Below are positions 1-9,105 of a stretch of DNA of 48,750 nucleotides, in pieces. The stretch's first letter is position 1. The number at the start of each line of letters is the position of its first letter. Made by a program: the position numbers and the translations under genes. The notes under the pieces are model-generated. The model searched no databases, had not been told where the DNA came from, and worked only from the letters and a program-made list of their open reading frames with translations. The DNA comes from Armatimonadota bacterium (GTDB taxonomy: Bacteria; Armatimonadota; Fimbriimonadia; Fimbriimonadales; GBS-DC). The stretch spans positions 1 to 48,750 of the forward strand of contig JBCNVA010000041.1 in the NCBI GenBank assembly GCA_039630445.1. The letters are read 5' to 3'.

Positions 1-24
1 TGAGCCAGCCGCCTTTGTTGCGCA

Positions 25-963
25 GTGCGCCTGAGCGCGCAGTGGCAACGGTTGAGCCAGCAGTTGTATGCGCAGTTGGTGGCGCCGGTGCAGGGGTGGC
101 TCAAGGGGGCGCAGCGGGTGCTGCTGTGTCCTGATGGGGTGCTGAGCCAGCTGCCGTGGGCGGCGTTGATTGTGAAAGTGCACGACGGCAAGCCGGTGTA
201 CTGGGTGGAGCAGGTGGCGTTGCATATCACGCCGTCGGTGGGGGTGTATCGGCAGGCGCAGCAGGTGTCGCCTGTCTCGGCGGGCGCGGCGATTGCGGCG
301 GTGTGGCGCTACACCAACGGCAAGCCGATTGAGCTGGCGCAGGGGCGGTCGGTGGTGGCGATGTTGTTGCGCCGTTCAGGGGCGGGCACGGTGCTGGAAG
401 ACCTGCGGCACGCGCCCAAAGAGCTGCAGGCGTTGCGAACGGCGTTTGGCAAAGGGGCGCAGGTGGTGGTGAACGCGCAGGCGACGCCGCAGCAGGCGAA
501 GCGGTTGGCCGCGCAGGCGCGGGTGGTGCATTTTATTTGTCACGCGCGGGTGGATAATGCTGATCCGTTGGGTTCGGCGTTGTTGTTGGCGCCTGCGGGG
601 GCGCCTGCGGGGCTGCTGACGGCGGGGGAGGTGTTGTTGGGGTGGCGGTTGCGGGCGGATTTGGTGATGTTGTCGGCGTGTGAGACGGGTTTGGGGGTGG
701 CGCGTCGGTATGAGGGGGTTTACAGTTTGGGGCGGGCGTTTTTGGTGGCGGGCAGTCGGAGTGTGGGGATGAGTTTATGGAAGGTGGATGATGCGGCGAC
801 GGTGGCGTTGATGAAGGGGTTTTATGCTCGGTATGTGGGGGGTCTGGGGAAGGACGAGGCGTTGCGTGGGGCGCAGTTGGGGTTGTTGCGGAATGCGAAG
901 TTTAGTGATCCGTTTTATTGGTCGGCGTTTGTGTTGATGGGGGATTACAGGCAGGGACGATAG
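25..963 (+). CDS. CHAT domain protein (caspase-like His/Cys peptidase fold), stand-alone 312 aa
   Basis: ORF track 25..963 with a GTG start. Entry motif LLCPDGVLSQLPWAAL, His motif VVHFICHARVD, Cys motif VMLSACETGLG and C-terminal FYWSAFVLMGD occur in the order typical of CHAT domains. An in-frame TGA at 1..3 means no N-terminal sensor/TPR part lies in this frame. Confidence 0.75.
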   Translation: MRLSAQWQRLSQQLYAQLVAPVQGWLKGAQRVLLCPDGVLSQLPWAALIVKVHDGKPVYWVEQVALHITPSVGVYRQAQQVSPVSAGAAIAAVWRYTNGKPIELAQGRSVVAMLLRRSGAGTVLEDLRHAPKELQALRTAFGKGAQVVVNAQATPQQAKRLAAQARVVHFICHARVDNADPLGSALLLAPAGAPAGLLTAGEVLLGWRLRADLVMLSACETGLGVARRYEGVYSLGRAFLVAGSRSVGMSLWKVDDAATVALMKGFYARYVGGLGKDEALRGAQLGLLRNAKFSDPFYWSAFVLMGDYRQGR

Positions 964-997
964 GGCGAAAAACAAAAGGTTGGTAGCCCACGGGAAT

Positions 998-1699
998 TCA
1001 AACCGCACGCCCAACCTCAGCAGCCGCACGAACCAGCAGGGGATCCTCGATGCCCGCTTCGGCAAAGCCCTTCGCACGCAGTCGGCAGGCGGGGCAAACC
1101 CCACAGGGCGGGAAACGTCCCTCATAGCAGGTGTGCGAGTATGCCAGCGCCTCCAGCGCACCCACCTCCCGCGCCAGCTGCACGCTCTGCGCCTTGCTGA
1201 GGAACATCAGGGGCGTGTGGATCCGAATCTCCCACTCCATCCCCAGCCGAATGGCTTGCTCCAGAGCGTCAATCGTCGCGCGTCGGCAGTCAGGATAGCC
1301 GGAATAATCGGTCTGGCACATCCCCCCAACCAGATCGTGGCACTCCAGTTGGTACGCCCATGCCGCCGCCAGAATCAGAAAGAGTAGGTTGCGTCCCGGC
1401 ACGAAGGTGTTGGGCAGATTGCCGCGCCCTCCCGTCTCCTGGATCGGCATATCCGACAGCAGTGCCGAGCCGCCCAGCTCCTCCAGCTCACTGATTCGGA
1501 GGATGCGGTGCTGCTCGACGCCCGCCATGCGGGCAATCACCTGTGCCGCCTCCAGCTCGATGCGGTGTCGCTGCCCGTAATCGAAGGTGAGGGCGTACAG
1601 GCGATCGAACCGCTGTTTCGCCCAGTAGAGGCAGGTGGTGCTGTCCTGCCCACCAGAGAGCAGCACCACCGCGGATGGCGCGATCTTTTCTACTGTCAT
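998..1699 (-). CDS. queC: 7-cyano-7-deazaguanine synthase
   Basis: PP-loop VVLLSGGQDSTTCL, FDYGQRH, and the C-terminal Zn-binding Cys cluster SHTCYEG...CGVCPACRLRAKGF. The length of 233 aa is typical for QueC. Confidence 0.9.
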   Translation of the reverse strand: MTVEKIAPSAVVLLSGGQDSTTCLYWAKQRFDRLYALTFDYGQRHRIELEAAQVIARMAGVEQHRILRISELEELGGSALLSDMPIQETGGRGNLPNTFVPGRNLLFLILAAAWAYQLECHDLVGGMCQTDYSGYPDCRRATIDALEQAIRLGMEWEIRIHTPLMFLSKAQSVQLAREVGALEALAYSHTCYEGRFPPCGVCPACRLRAKGFAEAGIEDPLLVRAAAEVGRAV

Positions 1700-1748
1700 A
1701 AGCGTTCACCGCCCCCTTCGCACGGGATCGAAGGGGGCAGCGAGTCCG

Positions 1749-2678
1749 TTAGCGCGGGTACTGCAACAGGATGTCGCGGATGCGGTTGATCATCCGCATC
1801 GCTTCGTCGTAGGGACGCTGCCAGATGTTGCGCCCGAAGATCAGCCCTGTCGCGCCCGCCTCCATCGAAAGGCGCACCTTATTCAGCACATCCTCATCGT
1901 TGCCTTTCTCGCCACCCGAAATAATCACGAAAGTGTTCGGGGCGGAGGCAATCACACGGCGGATGCGCGCCTCGTCGTCCTCCTCCAGCTCGTTATAGGG
2001 TTTGGGATGCAGGGCACGCTTTTCGGGGGGTGCGAGCTTGGGGAAGTTGATTTTGACCACATCGGCGCCCAGTTCGGCAGCCACACGCGCGGCATAGTCC
2101 ACTGCCCAGAGGCTGTCACGCCCCCCTTTGGCTTCCACCGCTTCCCCGCGCGGGTATGACCAGACGATGAGCGGCATGCCGTAGCGCTCCGCTGCCTCGC
2201 GCACCTCCATAAACTGGCGGAAATCCTCGTCCTGCCGAGGCGAGCCGACATAGAGCGTGTAGCCGACCGCATCGGCACCCAGGCGCACCGCGTCTTCCAC
2301 CCGCGAGTTCAACGGCGAGAGGGCATGCGCATCCGAGGGGATCTCGGTCTTGCCGTTCAGCTTGAGAATCAGGGGGATTCTGCCCGGAAACTTCGCGATG
2401 AACTTCTCGGCGATGCCGTACTGGAACGCAACTGCGGAGAAGCCCCCTTCAATCGCCAGCTGGCAAATGTATTCGGGGTCGCCCGAAGGCGGGTACGGGA
2501 AGAAGTCGCGCGGCCCATGCTCCAGCCCTTGATCATAAGGGAGAATCATCAGCGTACCGTTGGCGGGTCCGTACTGATACAGCATGCGATACAGGCGCGT
2601 GCGCTTGCCCGTGTTGAGATGCACCATTTCGTTCAGCGACACTCGCTTCACAGGGGTCGTCGTTACCATCGCTCTCAC
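1749..2678 (-). CDS. Class I fructose-bisphosphate aldolase, DhnA/FbaB (archaeal-type) family
   Basis: [12 protein letters not shown], the Schiff-base region VVKINFPK and GGEK...[11 protein letters not shown] match the DeoC/LsrF/DhnA aldolase family. A start at the internal Met (aa 4) is possible. Confidence 0.75.
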   Translation of the reverse strand: MRAMVTTTPVKRVSLNEMVHLNTGKRTRLYRMLYQYGPANGTLMILPYDQGLEHGPRDFFPYPPSGDPEYICQLAIEGGFSAVAFQYGIAEKFIAKFPGRIPLILKLNGKTEIPSDAHALSPLNSRVEDAVRLGADAVGYTLYVGSPRQDEDFRQFMEVREAAERYGMPLIVWSYPRGEAVEAKGGRDSLWAVDYAARVAAELGADVVKINFPKLAPPEKRALHPKPYNELEEDDEARIRRVIASAPNTFVIISGGEKGNDEDVLNKVRLSMEAGATGLIFGRNIWQRPYDEAMRMINRIRDILLQYPR

Positions 2679-2756
2679 CTCTCTGGGAGTGATTATACCT
2701 GCTCATTCCCGATTTCTCACCCGCTACAACGCCCTCATGCTGGCGAGATAGAATGT

Positions 2757-2937
2757 TATAACCCAAGTTGCTACCTGTTGTTTTTGAGCGGTGAGATTCC
2801 TCGCTTCGCTCGGAATGACACGGCTTTGCTTGGAATGACCCGGCTTCGCTCGGAATGACAACGCGGGCTTGGTGAAAACGAACCTGTCATTCCGAGCCGA
2901 AGGCGAGGAATCTCAGATAGGTGGCAAGTTGGGTTAT
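2757..2937. repeat. Palindromic MITE/REP-like element, copy 1 (most complete)
   Basis: Outer inverted repeat ATAACCCAAGTTGCTACCT / AGGTGGCAAGTTGGGTTAT. Inner inverted repeat GAGATTCCTCGCTTCGCTCGGAATGACA / TGTCATTCCGAGCCGAAGGCGAGGAATCTC. Three tandem GCT(Y)(Y)GCT(Y)GGAATGAC sub-repeats on the left arm. The same 28-nt right arm recurs at 28593..28620 and 41593..41620. Confidence 0.75.
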
Positions 2938-2985
2938 CATAGTATTTAGTCATCGCCTCCTCCAGAACTGCATCCTTTCGCCCAC

Positions 2986-3705
2986 TTGCCCATCTTGGGG
3001 ATTGTACCTTCTGAAGGGTATAATGCATATGGTGGTATCGTGAATGCGCTAAATCGGGTTCCATTATTCCCGTTGGAGACGGTGCTCTTCCCGCACACGA
3101 TCATCCCGCTCCATGTGTTTGAGGCGCGCTACAAGGAGCTGGTCATCTATTGCTTGGAACACGATTCGCCATTTGGGGTGGTGCTGATTCGGGAAGGGGC
3201 AGAGGTGGGCGGCGGCGAGGTAGAGCCTTACGAGATTGGCACGCTGGCACGCATCGGGCGTCTGCGCCGCTTGGAGGATGGGCGGTTCCAGCTGCTGGCA
3301 GTAGGGGAGGAGCGGTTCCGCATTCGTCAACTCCATCGGGAACTAACCCCCTATTTGCAAGCCGATATCGAGCCGTGGCGCGACTTTCCGCCCTTCTCGC
3401 AAGAAGAGCAGCAGGCGCTGACCCAGGCAGTTACGGACTCTTTTGTTGAGTTCCTGCGTGCCGTGCTGGAACCTTACGGCTTGCGCCCCAGTGAGATTCG
3501 GCTGCCAGATGACCCTGTAGCCCTTTCGTTCTTTGTGGCGGGTGCGCTGCAGGCAAGCCTGCCGTTCAAGCAGTACCTGCTGGAGCTGCAGGATACCTGC
3601 GAGCGACTGCGACTGCTGCATCTTGTGCTGCAAGAAGTGGCGCACGCCTACGAGACCAAACCCTTCAACCCAGACAACTGGCCAGGCTTTTTCTCCAACA
3701 ACTGA
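2986..3705 (+). CDS. LON substrate-binding (Lon N-terminal, PUA-like) domain protein
   Basis: VPLFPLETVLFPHTIIPLHVFEARYKELV is the classic Lon N-domain opening. There is no AAA+ or protease part. The track start is TTG at 2986; the in-frame GTG at 3040 (giving MNALNRVPLFPL) is an equally plausible start. Confidence 0.75.
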   Translation: MPILGIVPSEGYNAYGGIVNALNRVPLFPLETVLFPHTIIPLHVFEARYKELVIYCLEHDSPFGVVLIREGAEVGGGEVEPYEIGTLARIGRLRRLEDGRFQLLAVGEERFRIRQLHRELTPYLQADIEPWRDFPPFSQEEQQALTQAVTDSFVEFLRAVLEPYGLRPSEIRLPDDPVALSFFVAGALQASLPFKQYLLELQDTCERLRLLHLVLQEVAHAYETKPFNPDNWPGFFSNN

Positions 3706-3707
3706 GG

Positions 3708-4967
3708 ATGGCATCGCGAGAGCCGTGCGTCGAGCTGGGCTTGAGGGCGAACTGGCGTCCGTTTGCGATGCTGGTGCTGATCAACGCCTTCGTGGGCGCG
3801 ATGGTGGGTCAGGAGCGCACCCTGCTGCCCCTGATTGCCGAGCAGGAGTTCCACCTCACTACCCGTACCCTCATCCTCACCTTTCTAATCAGTTTTGGCA
3901 TCACGAAGGCGTTGGTCAATTTTTTGGCAGGCTTCTGGGCGGATCGCTGGGGGCGCAAGCCCGTGCTGGTCGCTGGCTGGTTGGTAGGGCTACCCGTACC
4001 TGTGCTGCTGATGGTTGCCCCTTCCTGGGGGTGGATTGTGTTTGCCAATGTATTGCTGGGGGTGCAGCAGGGGCTGTGCTGGACGCTGACCGTGATGATG
4101 AAGATCGATCTGGTGGGGCGACGGCAACGAGGGCTGGCGATGGGGCTAAATGAGTTCGCGGGCTACCTCGCAGTGTCCGCGATGGCGCTCGTGACGGGCT
4201 ATCTGGCAAGTGCCTATGGGCTGCGCCCTGTGCCCTTCTTGCCCGGATTGGCGCTGGCGATAGCGGGACTGATCCTTTCACTGGTCAGTGTGCCAGAGAC
4301 CCAGCCGTGCGCCCGACTGGAACAGGCGCAGCACGCGGACGATCATCCCCATCCGGGCTTGCTGCCTGTGCTTGTGCAGGTGAGTGGGGGTGATCGGCGG
4401 CTGTTCGCTCTCTCGCAAGCAGGGATGGTCAACAACCTGAACGATGCGGCGGTGTGGGGATTAGTACCCCTGCTGCTGGCGCAGGCGGGCGCGAGCGTGG
4501 AACAGATCGGGTTGGTGAGCGCGTTCTACCCGGCGGTCTGGGGCGTGATGCAGATCCCACTGGGGGCACTGAGCGACTATTGGGGGCGACGCGGGCTGAT
4601 TGCGACAGGGATGGGGGTGCAAGCGATAGGCATCTGGCTGCTACTCAGCGAGCAAGGGCTGCCCGTTTGGCTCACGGGCGCAGGGCTGCTGGGATTGGGC
4701 ACGGCGATGGTCTACCCTACGCTGCTGGCAGCTGTCGCTGATAGAACGCCGCCGAGCTGGCGGGCGACCGCCGTGGGTGGCTATCGGCTCTGGCGGGATG
4801 CAGGCTACGCTGTGGGCGCGCTGGTGGGCGGGGCTGTCGCCGATCTGGTGGGCATGCGCACCGCGCTTGCCTTCGTCGCCACGCTGACCCTGCTGTCAGG
4901 GATCTGGGTCGCTGTTGCCTTGCGGGGCAAGGGTTATACCCATACTAAGAAACATCAGCGCGGTTGA
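3708..4967 (+). CDS. MFS transporter
   Basis: About 12 hydrophobic segments, and the MFS loop 2-3 motif GFWADRWGRKPVL is repeated as LSDYWGRRGL in the second half. The start lies 2 nt after the stop of the upstream gene. Confidence 0.8.
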   Translation: MASREPCVELGLRANWRPFAMLVLINAFVGAMVGQERTLLPLIAEQEFHLTTRTLILTFLISFGITKALVNFLAGFWADRWGRKPVLVAGWLVGLPVPVLLMVAPSWGWIVFANVLLGVQQGLCWTLTVMMKIDLVGRRQRGLAMGLNEFAGYLAVSAMALVTGYLASAYGLRPVPFLPGLALAIAGLILSLVSVPETQPCARLEQAQHADDHPHPGLLPVLVQVSGGDRRLFALSQAGMVNNLNDAAVWGLVPLLLAQAGASVEQIGLVSAFYPAVWGVMQIPLGALSDYWGRRGLIATGMGVQAIGIWLLLSEQGLPVWLTGAGLLGLGTAMVYPTLLAAVADRTPPSWRATAVGGYRLWRDAGYAVGALVGGAVADLVGMRTALAFVATLTLLSGIWVAVALRGKGYTHTKKHQRG

Positions 4968-5027
4968 AAACCGCTTCTACATTTTCCGTGGCAGGAATCG
5001 AGCGGGTATTATAAAAATCGAGAGAGC

Positions 5028-5933
5028 GTGCAGCGAGGGTATCTGGTGGTGAACCCCAGCGCGGGGGGAGGGCGTGCCACACAACGGTTGCGAGCGGTGC
5101 GCACCGCGCTGGAGGAATGGCGAACGGTCTGCACCCAATCGCTGGAAGACGGGATCAGAGTCGCAAAACAGATTGCCAAGGAGGGTGCAGTCTGCGTGGC
5201 TGTGGGTGGCGACGGCACACTCAGCAGTGTGGTCGGTGGCTACCTGCGCGCGGTCGAAGCGGGCGAAGTAGCGGACACCACGCGCATCGCCTGCTTACCT
5301 GTGGGTACAGCCAACGACGCGGCACGAGAGCTGGGCGTGCCCAAACGCCTGCAGAAGGTGCTGTCCGGACTTGCCCGCCCCACCTGCCAGACGCTGGATG
5401 CCGGCTGCATACGCCTCCCTGACGGAAGCGAGCACTACTTTTTCAATGTGGTGGGTGTCGGCTTCGACGCCCGTGTCAACGACGCCACCAGTGAACACCT
5501 CAAACGGCGATGGGGACGCCTCGCTTATATTGTTGCTATCCTGAAACAGCTGTGGCACTATCAGCCCGTGCATCTCCAGTTGGAAATCGATGGGCAGCGC
5601 ATCGAGCAGTCTGCGCTGCTGGTGGCGATCGCAAACGGGCGTAGCTATGGGGGCGGCATCCGCATCGCACCCTTTGCCGAGTTCGACGACGGCTGCTTCG
5701 ATGTGTGCTTGATCGAATATATCCCGCGGCTGGAGTTTCTGCGCCAGTTCCCGAAGGCGTTGCGCGGGGAGCATCTGGGGCATCCTGCGGTGCATAGCTG
5801 GCGGGCACGCAGCGTGCGCCTCTGGCTGCCCACCGTGGAACCCGTCTCAGTCGATGGCGAACTACTCTACACCAGCCACCTGCACTGCGAGGTGCTACCT
5901 GCCCGCGTGCCCTTCGCCCTGCCACAGGTATAA
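5028..5933 (+). CDS. Diacylglycerol kinase-family lipid kinase (YegS/DagK-like)
   Basis: LVVNPSAGGGRA, VAVGGDGTLSSVV and LPVGTANDAAREL are motifs of the DAGK catalytic domain. GTG start. Confidence 0.8.
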   Translation: MQRGYLVVNPSAGGGRATQRLRAVRTALEEWRTVCTQSLEDGIRVAKQIAKEGAVCVAVGGDGTLSSVVGGYLRAVEAGEVADTTRIACLPVGTANDAARELGVPKRLQKVLSGLARPTCQTLDAGCIRLPDGSEHYFFNVVGVGFDARVNDATSEHLKRRWGRLAYIVAILKQLWHYQPVHLQLEIDGQRIEQSALLVAIANGRSYGGGIRIAPFAEFDDGCFDVCLIEYIPRLEFLRQFPKALRGEHLGHPAVHSWRARSVRLWLPTVEPVSVDGELLYTSHLHCEVLPARVPFALPQV

Positions 5934-5942
5934 TCCTGCCCG

Positions 5943-6593
5943 ATGCAAGCCAATCACTGGGGCGAGATTGCAGAGCGCATTCGGCAGCAACTGGAGGAGC
6001 GGCATCTGGCGCGCGAGGATGCGCTACAGGCATGCCGCCGTGCGATTCAGCTATGTGCCCGTGCGGTGCGCAGCCTACACCGTCGCGAGTTCGACACCTG
6101 TCGCACCCTGCTCAGCGAAGCCCACCAGCAGATTCTGCATGCGCGCGCCCGCCTAATGCCCTATCCGATGCTCTATCATGCAGGCTTCCTGCAGGATGCG
6201 GAAAAGGAGTATGTAGAAGGCGAGGCGCTTTATGCGATTGTGCTGGGGAACGCGCTGCCTGAACCTGAGGAGCTGGATGTGGAGATTACTGCCTATCTGC
6301 ACGGGATGGCAGAAGCGGCGTCCGAGTGTCGGCGCTATGTGTTGGACCTGCTGCGGATGGGCGAGCTGACCCATGCTGAGACACTGCTGCGCGTGATGGA
6401 CGAGATTTACGACGAACTCATCACCTTTGATTACCCTGACGCGCTGACGATGGGATTGCGCCGTGCTTGTGATGCGCTTCGTGCCGTGCTGGAGCGCACC
6501 CGCGCCGACCTCACCGTCACGATGACCCAAAAGCAGCTCGAAGCCGCCTTAGCCAGTGCGATGGAAGCCCTCTCTCCCGAGAGGAGAGAATAG
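5943..6593 (+). CDS. Translin/TRAX-like family protein (putative C3PO-type nuclease)
   Basis: All-helical 216 aa. AEKEYVEGEAL resembles the conserved QEYVEA segment of translin/TRAX. AYLHGMAEAASECRRYVLD resembles the YLxGxxDxxGELxR segment. Recognised from memory of the family, not from a search. Confidence 0.55.
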   Translation: MQANHWGEIAERIRQQLEERHLAREDALQACRRAIQLCARAVRSLHRREFDTCRTLLSEAHQQILHARARLMPYPMLYHAGFLQDAEKEYVEGEALYAIVLGNALPEPEELDVEITAYLHGMAEAASECRRYVLDLLRMGELTHAETLLRVMDEIYDELITFDYPDALTMGLRRACDALRAVLERTRADLTVTMTQKQLEAALASAMEALSPERRE

Positions 6594-6595
6594 AG

Positions 6596-7702
6596 ATGAA
6601 CGCCCGTCCCTCCGCATCGATGGAGCGCGCCGTCGGCATCGTGGAGCAGATTGTGCGCGAGCGCGACGGCATCCAGTATCTCCATGTGCGTACCGAGCAG
6701 GGCATGCGCGATGCGCTGAACTATATCGCGCTGACAGGCAGGCTCCAGCCAGGTGTGCAGGTGCTGCTCAATACCACCGCTACGCGGTTGGAGCTGGGCA
6801 CGGGCGGATATGATTTTGTCATAGCAGCTCATCTAAGTGAGCCAGACTGTTCTGCTATACCCGACCCGCGCGATAAGGAGCGCCTACTGATGCGCCTGCG
6901 CTATACGCCGTTGCAGCTGGCTTTGCCCGCTGCGGAGTGCCTCTACCCCGATGCGCTGGCAGGCACGCTGGAAGGCACACCCGTCGTAGCGATTCTATTG
7001 CATAGCCACCTTGCGCCCGTTGTGGGCACGATCCACTACGCCCATCCCGATGCGCGAGTCGTCTATGTGATGACCGATTCCGCTGCACTTGCGCTCGATT
7101 TCAGCGAGACGGTGAGCTGGCTGAAGGCGCGGGGCTGGCTCGCAGGCACTATCACGATTGGGCAAGCGTTTGGCGGAGATTTGGAAGCAGTCAATCTCTA
7201 CAGCGCGCTGCTACTGGCGCGCCACACCCTGCATGCCGATTTTATCGTGGTGGGTCAGGGACCGGGTCATCTGGGCACGGGGACGCGCTGGGGCTTCTCA
7301 GGCATCGATCAGGGGATGGCGCTGAACGCGGCAGATACGCTGGGCGGGCTACCCATCGCTGCCTTGCGGATTAGCTTCGACGATCCGCGCGAACGCCATC
7401 AGGGGGTGAGCCACCATTCGCTAACCATCTTGAGCCGAGTCGTGCGCATGCCCTGCCATGTGCCTGTGCCCATGCTGCCAGAAGCTCAGATGGAGCGCGT
7501 GCTGCGCGATCTCGAACATGCGGGCATCCCAGAACATCACACGCTCCATTTTATGGATGCGAACGCCGCGTTCGAATGGCTTTGCCAGCAAGAGGTGCCG
7601 CTCGCCACGATGGGGCGCGATGCCCAGACCGAACGCGCCTACTTCTTAGCGGGATGCGCGGCGGGCTTACTGGCGGACGGTCTTTTCAAAGGCATGCGTT
7701 AG
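6596..7702 (+). CDS. DUF3866 family protein
   Basis: The N-terminal signature ALNYIALTGRLQPGVQVLLNTTATRLELGTGGYDFVIA matches the remembered DUF3866 core (LLNTTA..LGLGTGG). The size of 368 aa is typical. The start lies 2 nt after the translin-like stop. Confidence 0.7.
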   Translation: MNARPSASMERAVGIVEQIVRERDGIQYLHVRTEQGMRDALNYIALTGRLQPGVQVLLNTTATRLELGTGGYDFVIAAHLSEPDCSAIPDPRDKERLLMRLRYTPLQLALPAAECLYPDALAGTLEGTPVVAILLHSHLAPVVGTIHYAHPDARVVYVMTDSAALALDFSETVSWLKARGWLAGTITIGQAFGGDLEAVNLYSALLLARHTLHADFIVVGQGPGHLGTGTRWGFSGIDQGMALNAADTLGGLPIAALRISFDDPRERHQGVSHHSLTILSRVVRMPCHVPVPMLPEAQMERVLRDLEHAGIPEHHTLHFMDANAAFEWLCQQEVPLATMGRDAQTERAYFLAGCAAGLLADGLFKGMR

Positions 7703-8712
7703 TCTGCGCGCACCGCTACAATTCGGAAGTTGCGTGCCCAGCGCAGGGTCAACGGCGTAAGCACCATCCCCAGCGCGTTCACCAGGCGAACCAGCGGATT
7801 GCCCCCTGCACCGCCCAGGTAGGCATAGTGGCGAGCGCAAAACCCGAACCTCTCGATCTGGCGTGCCAAAGCGGCTGGGTCAAACAGCCGCTCCAGCACC
7901 GCACCCGTTTCCGGATTAACGGGACACTCCACAGGCACATAGACCGAATCGGGCAGCTCGCCACTATCAAGATAGCGCTGCACCGCCTCAATAATCTGTG
8001 GGCGAGTCATTCGGCTGGTGCGTCGCGCCAACTCCTGCACTAATGCCGAGTCCAGTTGGGGAAATGCTTCCTGAATCATTTCCGCACGCATCACCACATA
8101 GGGCTTCTTGATCAAGTGCCCCTCAAACGCCCCTGCGGGACCATTTTCGAATCGGAGCCAGAGTTCGCGTGTGTGGGCAGCCAGTCGCCGATTGGCGCCA
8201 TTATTGCCATCCGCAATCAGCAGAACGCCCCCGGGCTTCAGCAGGCGTGCCGCCTCCGTAAGAAAAGCGTCCACATCCTGATAATGCGAGATCGACTCGT
8301 TGGACAGGATCATATCAAACGAACCCGAGTCAAACTCCAGACGCTCTACGCTGGCAAGCTGGGCGTACAGGGGTGGGCTGAGTTGGAAATCCTCGATCAT
8401 CTGCTGGAAGGTGGGCAGGCGCGTGGTGGAGATGTCAACCCCGTACACCGCTTTTGCGCCCATTAGCCCCAGAACAACCGCCAGCGCCCCAAAACCGCAC
8501 CCCGCATCCAAGATGACTTTACCTTCGGGGTCAAAACGCGCCAGTCGGCAGAGGTCCACCACATAGCGGGTCAGCCGCTGGCAGCCTGCTAAATCGGCGA
8601 GATATCCGTAGTAGCGCCATAACTCCTCGTCATAACGCGCCTTGTTCGGCTCCGCCAGTGCCTGACTGTAGACGGCGTGCAAACGGCGGCTGACCCGCTC
8701 GAAGTCCCACAT
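7699..8712 (-). CDS. Class I SAM-dependent methyltransferase with C-terminal extension
   Basis: Motif I VILDAGCGFGALAV, then VYGVDIS, and post-I/II FDMILSNESISH...LKPGGVLLI. Confidence 0.8.
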   Translation of the reverse strand: MWDFERVSRRLHAVYSQALAEPNKARYDEELWRYYGYLADLAGCQRLTRYVVDLCRLARFDPEGKVILDAGCGFGALAVVLGLMGAKAVYGVDISTTRLPTFQQMIEDFQLSPPLYAQLASVERLEFDSGSFDMILSNESISHYQDVDAFLTEAARLLKPGGVLLIADGNNGANRRLAAHTRELWLRFENGPAGAFEGHLIKKPYVVMRAEMIQEAFPQLDSALVQELARRTSRMTRPQIIEAVQRYLDSGELPDSVYVPVECPVNPETGAVLERLFDPAALARQIERFGFCARHYAYLGGAGGNPLVRLVNALGMVLTPLTLRWARNFRIVAVRAD

Positions 8713-8730
8713 GGATACCTTTGCCCGTCG

Positions 8731-9045
8731 CTATTCGCTGACGATAGCCTGCACCTTCAGCCATGTAAGCGGCTGTCGGTGTCCCCAGCGCTTGCGCTCA
8801 TTCTTTTTGGGTTTATACTTAAAGCCAATAATCTTGGGGGCTTTACCTTGCCGCACCACCTCGGCAATCACCTTCGCCCCTTCGAGATAGGGTGCGCCGA
8901 CCCGCAGCTCGTTGTCGGTGCGAATCATCAGCACCTCGGTCAGCTCAATCTGGCTGCCTGGTTCCGCCTCGATTTTCTCCACACTAATCATCATGCCCGG
9001 TTCCACGCGATACTGCTTGCCACCTGTCTGAATGATTGCGTACAT
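8731..9045 (-). CDS. rplU: 50S ribosomal protein L21
   Basis: [17 protein letters not shown]...[19 protein letters not shown] is canonical L21 (104 aa). The ATG was verified at 9045..9043. The ORF-track extension to 9234 is rejected as a low-complexity upstream read-through. Confidence 0.93.
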   Translation of the reverse strand: MYAIIQTGGKQYRVEPGMMISVEKIEAEPGSQIELTEVLMIRTDNELRVGAPYLEGAKVIAEVVRQGKAPKIIGFKYKPKKNERKRWGHRQPLTWLKVQAIVSE

Positions 9046-9075
9046 TCCTTGTCTATCCCTCCGTCTGCGCTGGGC

Positions 9076-9105
9076 ATTATACCCGATAGGGTTCAAATGG
9101 CACAA
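9076..9105 (-). promoter_or_regulatory. Sigma70-like promoter upstream of rplU
   Basis: On the minus strand: TTGTGC, an 18-nt spacer, then TATAAT (plus-strand ATTATA at 9076..9081). This lies about 30 nt upstream of the rplU ATG. Confidence 0.35.

Noticed and set aside
964-1030. A tRNA-like 3' end on the minus strand (GGTTTGAATTCC...GGCTACCA).
   Set aside because: The flanking bases cannot form a T-stem or an acceptor stem. The segment is simply the queC C-terminus (AAAEVGRAV) plus its stop codon. No cloverleaf can be drawn.
2757-2937. Possible CRISPR array, considered because of the repeated GGAATGAC-containing units here, at 41498..41644, and the 12-bp repeats at 16457..16588.
   Set aside because: The units are 12-20 bp, directly abutting or palindromic, with no unique 30-40 bp spacers. 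No cas genes are present in the window.
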